Below, piece after piece: positions 8,681-17,207 of a stretch of DNA of 64,000 nt. A program made the position numbers and the translations under genes. The stretch comes from Myxococcota bacterium (lineage in GTDB: Bacteria; Myxococcota_A; Polyangia; Nannocystales; Nannocystaceae): the NCBI GenBank assembly GCA_039194325.1, contig JBCCWC010000005.1:64001-128000 (forward strand), in the 5' to 3' direction. The first letter of the stretch is position 1. Each line of letters starts with the position of its first letter. The notes beneath the pieces were generated by a model that was not told the DNA's origin, made no database searches, and saw nothing but the letters and a program-made list of their open reading frames with translations.

Positions 8681-10714
8681 TCAGCGCAGCCGGATCGGGA
8701 CGGTGACGGTGAACATCGCCCCTTCGCTCTCTTCGGACTCGACCTCGATCGTGCCGCGGAGCACCGAGCGGACGAGGTTGTGGACGATGGATAGGCCCAG
8801 CCCCAGGCTCACCGCTCCGCCGCCGCGCTTGGAGGTGAAGAACGCGTCGAAGATCCGGATCTGGCGGTCTTCGGAGATCCCGAAGCCGAAGTCCTTGACC
8901 CGGATGATGAAGCGGTCGCGCTCGTTGTCGCGGGCCAGCGACAGCCGAACCGGGCAGGCGTCGGCGTTGGGCTCGTAGGCGTGCTCGATCGCGTTGACGA
9001 GCAGCGCGGTGATCACCTGCATCAGGTGTTCGGGGTAACCCTCCCACATGCGCTCGGAACGCGGCAGGTCGACGGCCATCTGGACGTCGAGGCGATCGTG
9101 GCGCGAGGCGGTGACTTGGGCGATCTCGTGGAGCAGATCGGGTAGATCGATCTCGGTGAGCTCTTCGCTCGTCTGAGAGGCGGAGAGCTTCTTGAATGCC
9201 TCGATCAGGCGGCCCATGCGGGTCGCGTGAGACTCGATGAGGCCACCGGCATCGACCATGGCGTCGAGCTCGTCTTGGGCCGCCTCGTCTTCGATCTCAC
9301 CGAGCACCTCGGACTTGGCCGCGTCGGTGATGACCCCCACCGCGGTCTTGATGATACCCAGCGGGGTATTGAGCTCGTGGGCCACGCCCACGACCATGTC
9401 GGTGATCGAGCGGTGCTTTTGGGCCTCGACTTCGTTGCTGATGTCGCGGGCGATCATGACCGTGCCGACGTGCTTGGCGTTGTCGGCCGAGCGGATCGCG
9501 CTGGCTACGATGCTCAGCAGGTGACCGCGGGGCGAGGTGTAGTCCATACGCTGCGAGGACGACTCGGTCTTCTCGCCGCAGCTCTGGATGAGGGTCACGA
9601 CCCGCTCGTCGAGCAGCTTGCCCACCGCGACCCCGATGAGCTCGTTGGTGTCGAGCGCCAGCAGGTGCTGGGCCCGGCGGTTGATGAGTCGGATGTCTCC
9701 CTCGAGGCTGACGACCATCAGGCCGTCGTCCATGTTGTCGAGGATGGCGCGCAGGTAGCTCAAGGTGTTCTCGAGCTGCTGCTTGGCGGCATAGATCTCG
9801 CGGGTCTTCTGCTCGGCGATCGACTCCGACGCTCGCCGCGCTTGCTGGGCGCGCCGCAGCTGGGCGGTGAGCTGCTCGATCTCGTCGCTGCTGGCGGGAG
9901 CACGCGCGACGGACACCCCGGTGGCGCGCTCGACCAGGACGGTGCGGAGCGTGTTGAGGGCCTGGTCGATCTCGGGCGCAGATTCGTCGGCGGAGCCGTC
10001 CCGCTTCGCCTGATCGAGCAGCATCGTGCGCAGGAAGCCGAGGGTTCGATCGAGCCCGTCTTCGTCGACCCCGACGCTCGAGCCGGGAGTAGGGGAGGAG
10101 AGGTTGGTGGTCGGAGGCGCGGTCGCGATCGGCCGGAACAGGGTGGGCGACGGAGCCTCGGCCCCGGGCTTGTCCTGCTTGATCAGCGTGAACTTGGTCT
10201 TGGCGCCGCGTTCGCGCGGCAATTCCTCGCGCGTGAGCTCGATCGCCTCCTCGAAGTGACGAAAGCAGCCCAGCAGCATGCCCTCGGCCATGTCGCTCAG
10301 CGGACGCGGCGACTCGTAGATGAACACGAGCTTGTCCGCTGTTTGCTCACGGATGTGGAACGCGGGCAGGTCGGCGTCGGGGTAGAGCTTGCGGACCTCG
10401 TGGTGGATGTAGTTCTCCACCTTCGGTACGAAATCCATGGTGGATTTCTCACCTTCGAGGAACTTCGGGTAGAGATCGACCAGCCGGGCGAACAGGTGCT
10501 CGCCGAAGAAGCGGATGAGGGCGTCGCCGGCCACGCCGGTTTGCTCGCTCAGCCCGCCGACCAGCGCGGCCATTTCCGCGAAGTCGTAGGTACCGATCGA
10601 GCTATAGACGCCACCGGACGGGAGATCCGCCGCTTCGATGACCCGCTCCAGCACGTCACCGCCAAAGCGCTCCTCGACCATGTCGATGAACTCGGAGAAG
10701 ACGAGGCCCTTCAT
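8681..10714 (-). CDS. H-NOX (heme NO-binding) - coiled coil - PAS - histidine kinase fusion
   Basis: Starts MKGLVF; proximal His (YIHHEV), conserved Pro, YESPR (YxSxR); PAS (ILDNMDDGLMVV..NRRA..LL); H-box AHELNTPLG, N/D/F/G boxes. The ORF-track extension to 11410 overlaps the divergent gene and is not used. Confidence 0.92.
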   Translation of the reverse strand: MKGLVFSEFIDMVEERFGGDVLERVIEAADLPSGGVYSSIGTYDFAEMAALVGGLSEQTGVAGDALIRFFGEHLFARLVDLYPKFLEGEKSTMDFVPKVENYIHHEVRKLYPDADLPAFHIREQTADKLVFIYESPRPLSDMAEGMLLGCFRHFEEAIELTREELPRERGAKTKFTLIKQDKPGAEAPSPTLFRPIATAPPTTNLSSPTPGSSVGVDEDGLDRTLGFLRTMLLDQAKRDGSADESAPEIDQALNTLRTVLVERATGVSVARAPASSDEIEQLTAQLRRAQQARRASESIAEQKTREIYAAKQQLENTLSYLRAILDNMDDGLMVVSLEGDIRLINRRAQHLLALDTNELIGVAVGKLLDERVVTLIQSCGEKTESSSQRMDYTSPRGHLLSIVASAIRSADNAKHVGTVMIARDISNEVEAQKHRSITDMVVGVAHELNTPLGIIKTAVGVITDAAKSEVLGEIEDEAAQDELDAMVDAGGLIESHATRMGRLIEAFKKLSASQTSEELTEIDLPDLLHEIAQVTASRHDRLDVQMAVDLPRSERMWEGYPEHLMQVITALLVNAIEHAYEPNADACPVRLSLARDNERDRFIIRVKDFGFGISEDRQIRIFDAFFTSKRGGGAVSLGLGLSIVHNLVRSVLRGTIEVESEESEGAMFTVTVPIRLR

Positions 10715-10963
10715 GATCTGCTCTGAGACGGCCGGCCCGCGCTGTTCGCCAGGGGCGAGGGGGCAGTGGTCCCGGACTATACCCGACCCGCGGTCCGCGA
10801 GGCTACGATTGCGACAATGTAACCGAGGGAGTCGGGAAATGCCCGACCTGGCCGCAGCTGAACCGACCATCCGGTAAGGGTGCGCGTAGGCCGTCCAAAA
10901 CGCCGAAAAAGCCGGCCAATCGACGAAAGCCGGGGTATAAAGGCGGCGGTACCGGAAGTCATC

Positions 10964-11899
10964 ATGGCATCGTTCCCGAGCGCTCCCTCTCGCTGCAAGG
11001 TCCTCGTCGTCGACGACGAGCCGGATATTTTGGCCGTCACCAAGCTGGGGCTCAAGAGCTTGCGTTGGCAAGGGCGGCGGATCACCTTTCTCGCGGCGGC
11101 TTCTGGCTCCGAGGCCATCGAGGTCATGCGGGCCAATCCCGACGTCGCCGTCGTACTGCTCGACGTAGTCATGGAGACCGAACACGCAGGCCTCGATTGC
11201 TGCCGAGCGATCCGCAATCAGCTCGACAACCAGATCACTCGCGTGTTGCTTCGAACGGGTCAGCCCGGTCATGCGCCCGAGAAGCAAACGATCGAGGACT
11301 ACGACATCGACGGCTACTTGCCCAAGGCCGAGCTCACCAGCACGCGCCTCTACTCGGCGTGTCGCACGGCGATCCGTGCCTGGGAGCAACTGCTGACGCT
11401 CGAGCGCCATAAACAGTTCCTCACCGCGGTCAACGATTGTGCGGTTTCGCTACGAACCTACCAAAAGCTCGACGTCTCCTTGAACAAGATCCTCGACACC
11501 GCGATCGCGATCTGTCCGTCGTCGCTGGCGATCCTCTCGCTGGAGACCTACGAGGAAGACGGCAATCCGCGGCGCTTCGTGCTCCACGAGTCGGTTGGCG
11601 AGGACGCCGCCGCGTCCGAGGCCAAGGCGGCCGAGTGGGCAAACAAAATTCACCGCGACGCAAAGCTCCAATCGCTCGAGACGGTTACTCGGGTCGACGG
11701 GGGCGTGTTGCTCCCCATTCGACTGCATCGCGAGCTCGGCTACGGGTGGATCTTCCTGGTCGATGCTCAAGTAGACGATCTGGTGCTCAGTGTGCTGCCC
11801 ATGCTCAGCGCACACGCCGCCAATGCCCTCTACGGGTCCGTCGCCCAGGCGATGCTGTCCAAGCCAGAGCGCAACATCTTCGATGACATCGCCATCTAG
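10964..11899 (+). CDS. Response regulator: receiver plus DUF3369/GAF-like C-terminal domain, no recognisable output domain
   Basis: VLVVDDE, LLDVVMET (phospho-Asp), LRTGQPG, YLPK; no HTH, GGDEF or HD-GYP motif seen. Confidence 0.88.
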   Translation: MASFPSAPSRCKVLVVDDEPDILAVTKLGLKSLRWQGRRITFLAAASGSEAIEVMRANPDVAVVLLDVVMETEHAGLDCCRAIRNQLDNQITRVLLRTGQPGHAPEKQTIEDYDIDGYLPKAELTSTRLYSACRTAIRAWEQLLTLERHKQFLTAVNDCAVSLRTYQKLDVSLNKILDTAIAICPSSLAILSLETYEEDGNPRRFVLHESVGEDAAASEAKAAEWANKIHRDAKLQSLETVTRVDGGVLLPIRLHRELGYGWIFLVDAQVDDLVLSVLPMLSAHAANALYGSVAQAMLSKPERNIFDDIAI

Positions 11900-11909
11900 T
11901 GACAACTCC

Positions 11910-14744
11910 ATGAGCGACGAGTCGCCGTTGCCAACGCTCCCGCACGCGGGGGTGTTGGAAGACTTGGCGACCATGCCGCCGTGGGTCATGCCCGATCATG
12001 CATCGACGCATCCGGCCAACGGCCTCTACTCCTGCTGCTTTTGCGGGATCGGTGACGGCGGGAAAGTCGTCACCAACAAAACCAAACAAGCTTCGGACAT
12101 GGGCCAAGCCCTCCCCCAAGGGACGGGCACGCTGTGGGTTGGTACTCAGGGAGATACCGGCGATCTGTTGCCGGCCAAGGTCGGCGAGGATGGCCGGCTT
12201 CAAGTCAAGACCTCCGAGCCGCTGACCTCGGCGGGCGGAGTGCTGCACGCCGACCTCGAGATCGACGAGCGGCGCTCGAAGGTGATGGTGCGAGAGGTCG
12301 ACCGTGAGGTCGACGCCGAAGGGCGCCTGGCGGCCCAACTGTTCCAACCCTACCGGCGCTCGCTGAGCGTCACCGACAGCCACGTGGTCGGCACGGCCCC
12401 CACCAAGGGTTGTGTCAAGCTCCGCCACTCCACCGTTCGCCAGCGTCCGGCGTTCCCCATCCACATGGCGCCCAGCGTCCTACAGGAGGATGGGCGTCGC
12501 AAACAGGTCACCTACGAGGAGGGCATCGCCAAGCTCACCGATCTGGTGCTCGACCACCGGGCGCCCTACGGCAAGACGCTGCTCTATTGCTGCGGGCAGA
12601 TCGACTACTTTACGATCTTCGCCCTTCAAGAGGTCTTTCGCCTGCTGGGGGTGCGCAACCTCGCTGGCAACGCCGAGCACTGCCTCAACGCGGGCGCCTC
12701 TCACAACGAGGTGCTCACGGGCCAAGAGGGCCCGTTCCTCACCATGGACCAGGCCATCTCGGGCCCGGGGGAGCACCTCTATATCTTCAACGGGTGGAAC
12801 GGCTATGTCACCCACCCGCCCGCCTACCTCTCGATCCTCAAGCGCAAGCAGATCGACGCCTACCTCGTCGAGGTCATGGTCACCGAGTCGGCCAAGGCGT
12901 TGGCCCGAAAGCTCGGCCCCGAGCGGATCCTCTTGATCAAGCCCGGGAGCGATCCCCACATGGCGCTGGCCGTGGGTCACGAGATCCTCACCCGGCACGC
13001 CGAGCGGATCGAGCAGCGCTTCCTCGACCGCTTCTCCGACAAGGAGTCGTTCGAACGCTACCGCGAGCTGGCCATGAAGCCGAACTATGCGCCGGCCACC
13101 GTCGCCGAGCGGATCGCGGCCGAGCCCAAGTACGAGGAGAACCTCCTCACCCACATCCGGCGGATTGCCGCCCGGATCGCCGAGGAGGGGGTCATTCCCA
13201 TCAACATCCCGTCGGTGGGGCTCAGCCAGACCAGCGGGGTGGTTGCCCACTGCCTGTGGGGCAACGCGATGGCCATGGTGGGCAAGTATGGCCTCAAGCC
13301 CGACGGCACCCCGGCCGGCGGTACGCTGCGGATCCCGGGGCAGATCAACGCCGAGAGTGAGATCCAGGGCCTGAGCGGCAAGTACTTCATGGGCCGGATC
13401 CCCATCCCCAAGCGAGCCGAGGCCGCGGTTCGCATGGGCCTGCCGCCCTACGCCTACGACGCGGTCGCCGAGGACGAGCACCGGGCGGCGCTCGATTACT
13501 CCGATCCCAACGGCGATCAGCGCGAGCTGTTCATCTGCTTTGGCACTCAGTTCGAGGCCAACATGATGAACCGGCCGCGGTGGATCGAGAAGCTCAAGGA
13601 TCCGCGCACCAAGCTGGTGGTCGTCGATCCGATCCCCGATCCGTTCTCGCTCGAGCACGCCGATCTGGTGCTTCCCTCGCCACCCCACCCCGCGACCACC
13701 AAGCTCTATCAAAACGGCGAGTGGCGGCTGACGCTCAGCGTGCCGCAGAAGCAGGCGCCCGAGCAGACACGGTCCGACCCGACCATCGTCTACGACATGA
13801 TGGCCGAGATCACCCGGCGCTTGGCGGCTGACGAGAAGATGCGCAGCACCCACGCCGATCTCACCGAGTATCTCGACTCGGGCTACCTCCAAAAGCGCTT
13901 TTGTCCGCCCCCTGAGGGAGACGTAGCCAGCGCAAACGGAGCCGCAGAAGCGGATGCAGGCGGCGCAGATGATCGCGAGGGCCTGCTGCGAGTCGCCGGC
14001 GAGGTCAGCCGCCCGCAGCTGTGGACGCGGATCATCAACTACCTTCAGGGAGGAAGCGGGCCGCTCTACTGCCTGCCGACCCACGACGACGGCCGGGTCG
14101 TCGAGTGGTCCGAGCTGCTGGACGACTCGGTGGTGTACGGAGGCGTTGGCACCACCCGCTACATGCTCGACTACGACAACCCCGACGCGGTGCCCTTCCG
14201 CAACATCTACTGCGAGCCCGGCTCCTACCGCTTCTTCGTGCCCACCGAGGACGACCTCGAGTCTCCCGACGGGCTGATCCTCAACTCCGGTCGCTCCTGC
14301 CTCTCGGACGATCGCGAGATGGTCCGCTTCGCGACCGCCACCTTCAATTCGGGCAAGGCGACCCCGCTGGTGGGGATGCCCGAGATCAACCCGCTATTCG
14401 TCTCTCCCAAGGTGGCCTCCCGTCTGGGCCTGGAGACCGGGGACGATGCGCGGGTGACCAATCGAGCCACGGGGTCTTCGATCGTCCTGCCGGTCATCGT
14501 GACCCATCGTGTCAAGGGTGAGACTCTGTTCACCAACTTCCACAAGACAATCGCCAAGCTCGAGCGAGGGCTGTGTGTCAACACGGTGACCAACCACGTC
14601 GAGCGTTGTCGATACAGCAATCAGACCCGGCTCAAGGCCACCCGAGTGTCCGTGGAGCGTGTAATCCCCGATCCCGAGGCGGAGAGCTCGCGTCATGGAC
14701 GGTCTCAGGTCGACCTCAGTCCATGGATACCTCCGAGACCATAG
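11910..14744 (+). CDS. Molybdopterin (bis-MGD) oxidoreductase, divergent NapA/NasA/Fdh family
   Basis: CCFCGIGD..GCVK Fe-S-like segment, GNAEHCL (cf. NapA NARHCM), PGSD, GLSQ, PGQINA, LVVVDP..HADLVLP, QNGEWR, C-terminal LNSGR..GLETGD dinucleotide-binding domain; no Tat signal. Confidence 0.88.
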   Translation: MSDESPLPTLPHAGVLEDLATMPPWVMPDHASTHPANGLYSCCFCGIGDGGKVVTNKTKQASDMGQALPQGTGTLWVGTQGDTGDLLPAKVGEDGRLQVKTSEPLTSAGGVLHADLEIDERRSKVMVREVDREVDAEGRLAAQLFQPYRRSLSVTDSHVVGTAPTKGCVKLRHSTVRQRPAFPIHMAPSVLQEDGRRKQVTYEEGIAKLTDLVLDHRAPYGKTLLYCCGQIDYFTIFALQEVFRLLGVRNLAGNAEHCLNAGASHNEVLTGQEGPFLTMDQAISGPGEHLYIFNGWNGYVTHPPAYLSILKRKQIDAYLVEVMVTESAKALARKLGPERILLIKPGSDPHMALAVGHEILTRHAERIEQRFLDRFSDKESFERYRELAMKPNYAPATVAERIAAEPKYEENLLTHIRRIAARIAEEGVIPINIPSVGLSQTSGVVAHCLWGNAMAMVGKYGLKPDGTPAGGTLRIPGQINAESEIQGLSGKYFMGRIPIPKRAEAAVRMGLPPYAYDAVAEDEHRAALDYSDPNGDQRELFICFGTQFEANMMNRPRWIEKLKDPRTKLVVVDPIPDPFSLEHADLVLPSPPHPATTKLYQNGEWRLTLSVPQKQAPEQTRSDPTIVYDMMAEITRRLAADEKMRSTHADLTEYLDSGYLQKRFCPPPEGDVASANGAAEADAGGADDREGLLRVAGEVSRPQLWTRIINYLQGGSGPLYCLPTHDDGRVVEWSELLDDSVVYGGVGTTRYMLDYDNPDAVPFRNIYCEPGSYRFFVPTEDDLESPDGLILNSGRSCLSDDREMVRFATATFNSGKATPLVGMPEINPLFVSPKVASRLGLETGDDARVTNRATGSSIVLPVIVTHRVKGETLFTNFHKTIAKLERGLCVNTVTNHVERCRYSNQTRLKATRVSVERVIPDPEAESSRHGRSQVDLSPWIPPRP

Positions 14745-15637
14745 ACGGCATACCCGACGGCATGTCTGACGAAGACGACGACGACGGGGAGCTCGAGCGG
14801 ATCAATTCCGAGCTCGCACGAGCTTGGGATGCTTCGCTGCGCGAACGGGCGCTACGGGCTCGCTCCGAGAGCATCGCGTCCATGGTGGCGGGGATCGCTC
14901 ACGACGTGAACACTCCGCTGGGGGTAGCGCGTACGGCCGGTTCGGCCATCGCCGACGTAGTCCGGGATCTGATCGAAGATCCGCCCGAAGATCCCGAGGA
15001 CATCGAGGATCTACACAACGACCTTCGCGAGGCCCTCGAGCTGCTCAACCGCAACCTCGATCGAGCCCAGAACCTCATCGTCAGCTTCAAGCACCTCTCC
15101 GCGTCGCAGCTGTCCAACGAGCGAGCGAAGGTCCAGGTCAGCAAGATCATCAACGATTGCGTGATCGTGATGCGCTCCGACCTCGAGCGCGCCAAGGTCT
15201 ACGCCCAGATGAACGTGCGCTCCGGCACCGACTACACCTGGGATGGTTTTCCGGGGCACCTGGGGCAGGTGATCGTGAACCTGCTGCAGAACTCGATGCG
15301 CTACGCGTTCGAGCCGGAGAACGGCGGGTCGATCACCATCGACCTCGAGCGGGATAACGACGGGTTCATCATTCGATTTGCCGACGATGGCAAAGGGGTA
15401 GATCCAGAGATCTTGCCGCGGATCTTCGACCCCATGGTGACCTCGGGGCAAGGCAAGGGCGGGACCGGGCTGGGCATGGCGATCTCGCGGAACATCGTGG
15501 TGAACCTCTTGGGGGGTACCATTCGTTGCGAGAGCACCGTGGGGGAGGGCACCACGTTTACGATCACCTTGCCGGTGGTGGCGACGGGGGATAGCGAGCG
15601 ATACCTCCATGGGTTGAGCTCGGGACCTCCGCTTTGA
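14723..15637 (+). CDS. Sensor-less histidine kinase (HisKA + HATPase); possibly the frameshifted C-terminus of the molybdoenzyme
   Basis: AHDVNTPLG, NLLQNSMRYA, DDGKGV, IFDPMVTS, GTGLGMAI; only about 55 aa acidic N-terminus; overlaps upstream gene by 22 bp in the -1 frame. Confidence 0.85.
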   Translation: MDTSETIDGIPDGMSDEDDDDGELERINSELARAWDASLRERALRARSESIASMVAGIAHDVNTPLGVARTAGSAIADVVRDLIEDPPEDPEDIEDLHNDLREALELLNRNLDRAQNLIVSFKHLSASQLSNERAKVQVSKIINDCVIVMRSDLERAKVYAQMNVRSGTDYTWDGFPGHLGQVIVNLLQNSMRYAFEPENGGSITIDLERDNDGFIIRFADDGKGVDPEILPRIFDPMVTSGQGKGGTGLGMAISRNIVVNLLGGTIRCESTVGEGTTFTITLPVVATGDSERYLHGLSSGPPL

Positions 15638-15669
15638 GCGGGCATCGCCGGTGAGATCAGGCGGTGAGA

Positions 15670-16107
15670 TCAGGCGGCTTGAAGGCGGGCCAGGAGTTGC
15701 TCGTCGAGGAGATCTGCCCAGGTCTCGAGGTACTCGATGACGTCTGCCCGTTGGTTGCGCTCGAGGTAACGACGCCCCGAGGGCAAGTGACGCAGGATGC
15801 GGTCGTCGCTGAGATCCTCGAGGTCGGCGAGGTCACCGGTGGTGAGGCCATGGTCGAGCATCGTGCGGATGATGACGTCGATGGGCTGGCCGCTGGTCGG
15901 GCAGTATTCGCGGACCCGATCCTCCCACTCCCCGCCCTTGGCCAGCGCGGCCGTGTGGATCTCGTGCCGGTCGACGCCGGTGAGCGTTTGGGCGAGCTGG
16001 CCGCAGTTGCACATGCCCAGGTGGCCCCACTGATAGTCGGTGCCCTCGCGAAGACGCGCGGCGGTCTGACGAAGGGCCCGGCATAGCTCCACGTTCGCGT
16101 ACGCCAT
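15670..16107 (-). CDS. Hypothetical protein with YQWGH..CNCG motif
   Basis: GC3-biased 145-aa ORF, WGHLGMCNCGQLAQ and YCPTSG motifs. Confidence 0.7.
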   Translation of the reverse strand: MAYANVELCRALRQTAARLREGTDYQWGHLGMCNCGQLAQTLTGVDRHEIHTAALAKGGEWEDRVREYCPTSGQPIDVIIRTMLDHGLTTGDLADLEDLSDDRILRHLPSGRRYLERNQRADVIEYLETWADLLDEQLLARLQAA

Positions 16108-16278
16108 CGTCGGTCAGCGTACGCCATCGCAGCTTCGCTGGCACCCAATTGTTTCGTATTCGGCCCAATACCGTTGCGCAGGGCAGAACTGGCGTCGCCG
16201 CCGATCCTTCTTAGAGTGAGCCGCATCAGTGTGAGCCGCAGACGCCACCGGCGCCGCAGACGAAAGGAGCGCAAGACC

Positions 16279-17136
16279 ATGAGCACCAACCTTCGGACTC
16301 GATCGATCCGTTCGGTCGCCAAGGCCATCCACACCTCCGATGGGGCTGGAGTCACCCTGATGCGGAGCTTGGGGACACCTCGGGTCCCTCAGATCGATCC
16401 CTTCTTGATGCTCGACGAGTTTCGCTCGGACGACCCCAAGGACTACATCGCCGGGTTTCCCCCGCACCCCCACCGCGGGTTCGAAACGGTGACCTACGTG
16501 CTCGCCGGGTCTATGCAGCACAAGGACAGTGTGGGCAACGTGGGCAACCTGCGGGCCGGTAGCGTGCAGTGGATGACGGCCGCCCGCGGGATCATCCACT
16601 CCGAGATGCCCAAGCAAGAAGACGGGCTGATGTGGGGATTTCAGCTGTGGGTCAACCTGCCCGCCAAGGACAAGATGGGAGACCCGCGGTACCAGGACAT
16701 CGAGCCCGAGCAGATCCCCGAGCATGCGCTGCCCGAAGGAGGCACGGTGCGGGTGGTGGCCGGCCGCTTCGAAGACCTGGTCGGCCCTGTGGGCGGGGTG
16801 GCCACCGAGCCGCTGATGCTCGACGTGGGGCTGCCGGCCGGGCGGTCGCTCGACGTACCGATTGTCGCAGGGCACAACGGCTTTGCGTATGTGTTCGAAG
16901 GTCGGGCCCAGCTGGGTGATCGCGAGGCTCCAGTAGAGCGAGGGCACCTGGCCGTGCTCGGTCGCGAGGGGGACGGGCTCCACATCGCTGCCGCCGGCGG
17001 GGATACCCGCGTGCTGCTCGTGGCCGGGCGGCCGATCGGCGAGCCGGTGGCACGCTATGGGCCCTTCGTGATGAACACCCAGGCCGAACTCGAGCGGGCG
17101 TTTGCCGACTACCGCAGCGGTCGCCTGGCGCAGTGA
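16279..17136 (+). CDS. Pirin family protein
   Basis: DPFLMLD, GFPPHPHRGFETVTY, QWMTAARGIIHSE, GPFVMNT; AAAGGAG RBS upstream. Confidence 0.95.
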   Translation: MSTNLRTRSIRSVAKAIHTSDGAGVTLMRSLGTPRVPQIDPFLMLDEFRSDDPKDYIAGFPPHPHRGFETVTYVLAGSMQHKDSVGNVGNLRAGSVQWMTAARGIIHSEMPKQEDGLMWGFQLWVNLPAKDKMGDPRYQDIEPEQIPEHALPEGGTVRVVAGRFEDLVGPVGGVATEPLMLDVGLPAGRSLDVPIVAGHNGFAYVFEGRAQLGDREAPVERGHLAVLGREGDGLHIAAAGGDTRVLLVAGRPIGEPVARYGPFVMNTQAELERAFADYRSGRLAQ

Positions 17137-17207
17137 GGCCCGCGCTCGACGGGGCTCGACTGGGCTCGGCTCGACGAGGAGGGAAGCATCCTGCTATCAG
17201 CCGATGC

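Noticed and set aside
10715..11410. 231-aa N-terminal extension of the H-NOX kinase in the ORF track (909 aa)
   Set aside because: It is the antisense shadow of the response regulator; the H-NOX domain begins at the canonical MKG at 10714.
12480..14084. 534-aa minus-strand ORF (and similar ones at 9227-10726, 38325-39662 and 41114-42838)
   Set aside because: In-register antisense frames of well-supported genes.
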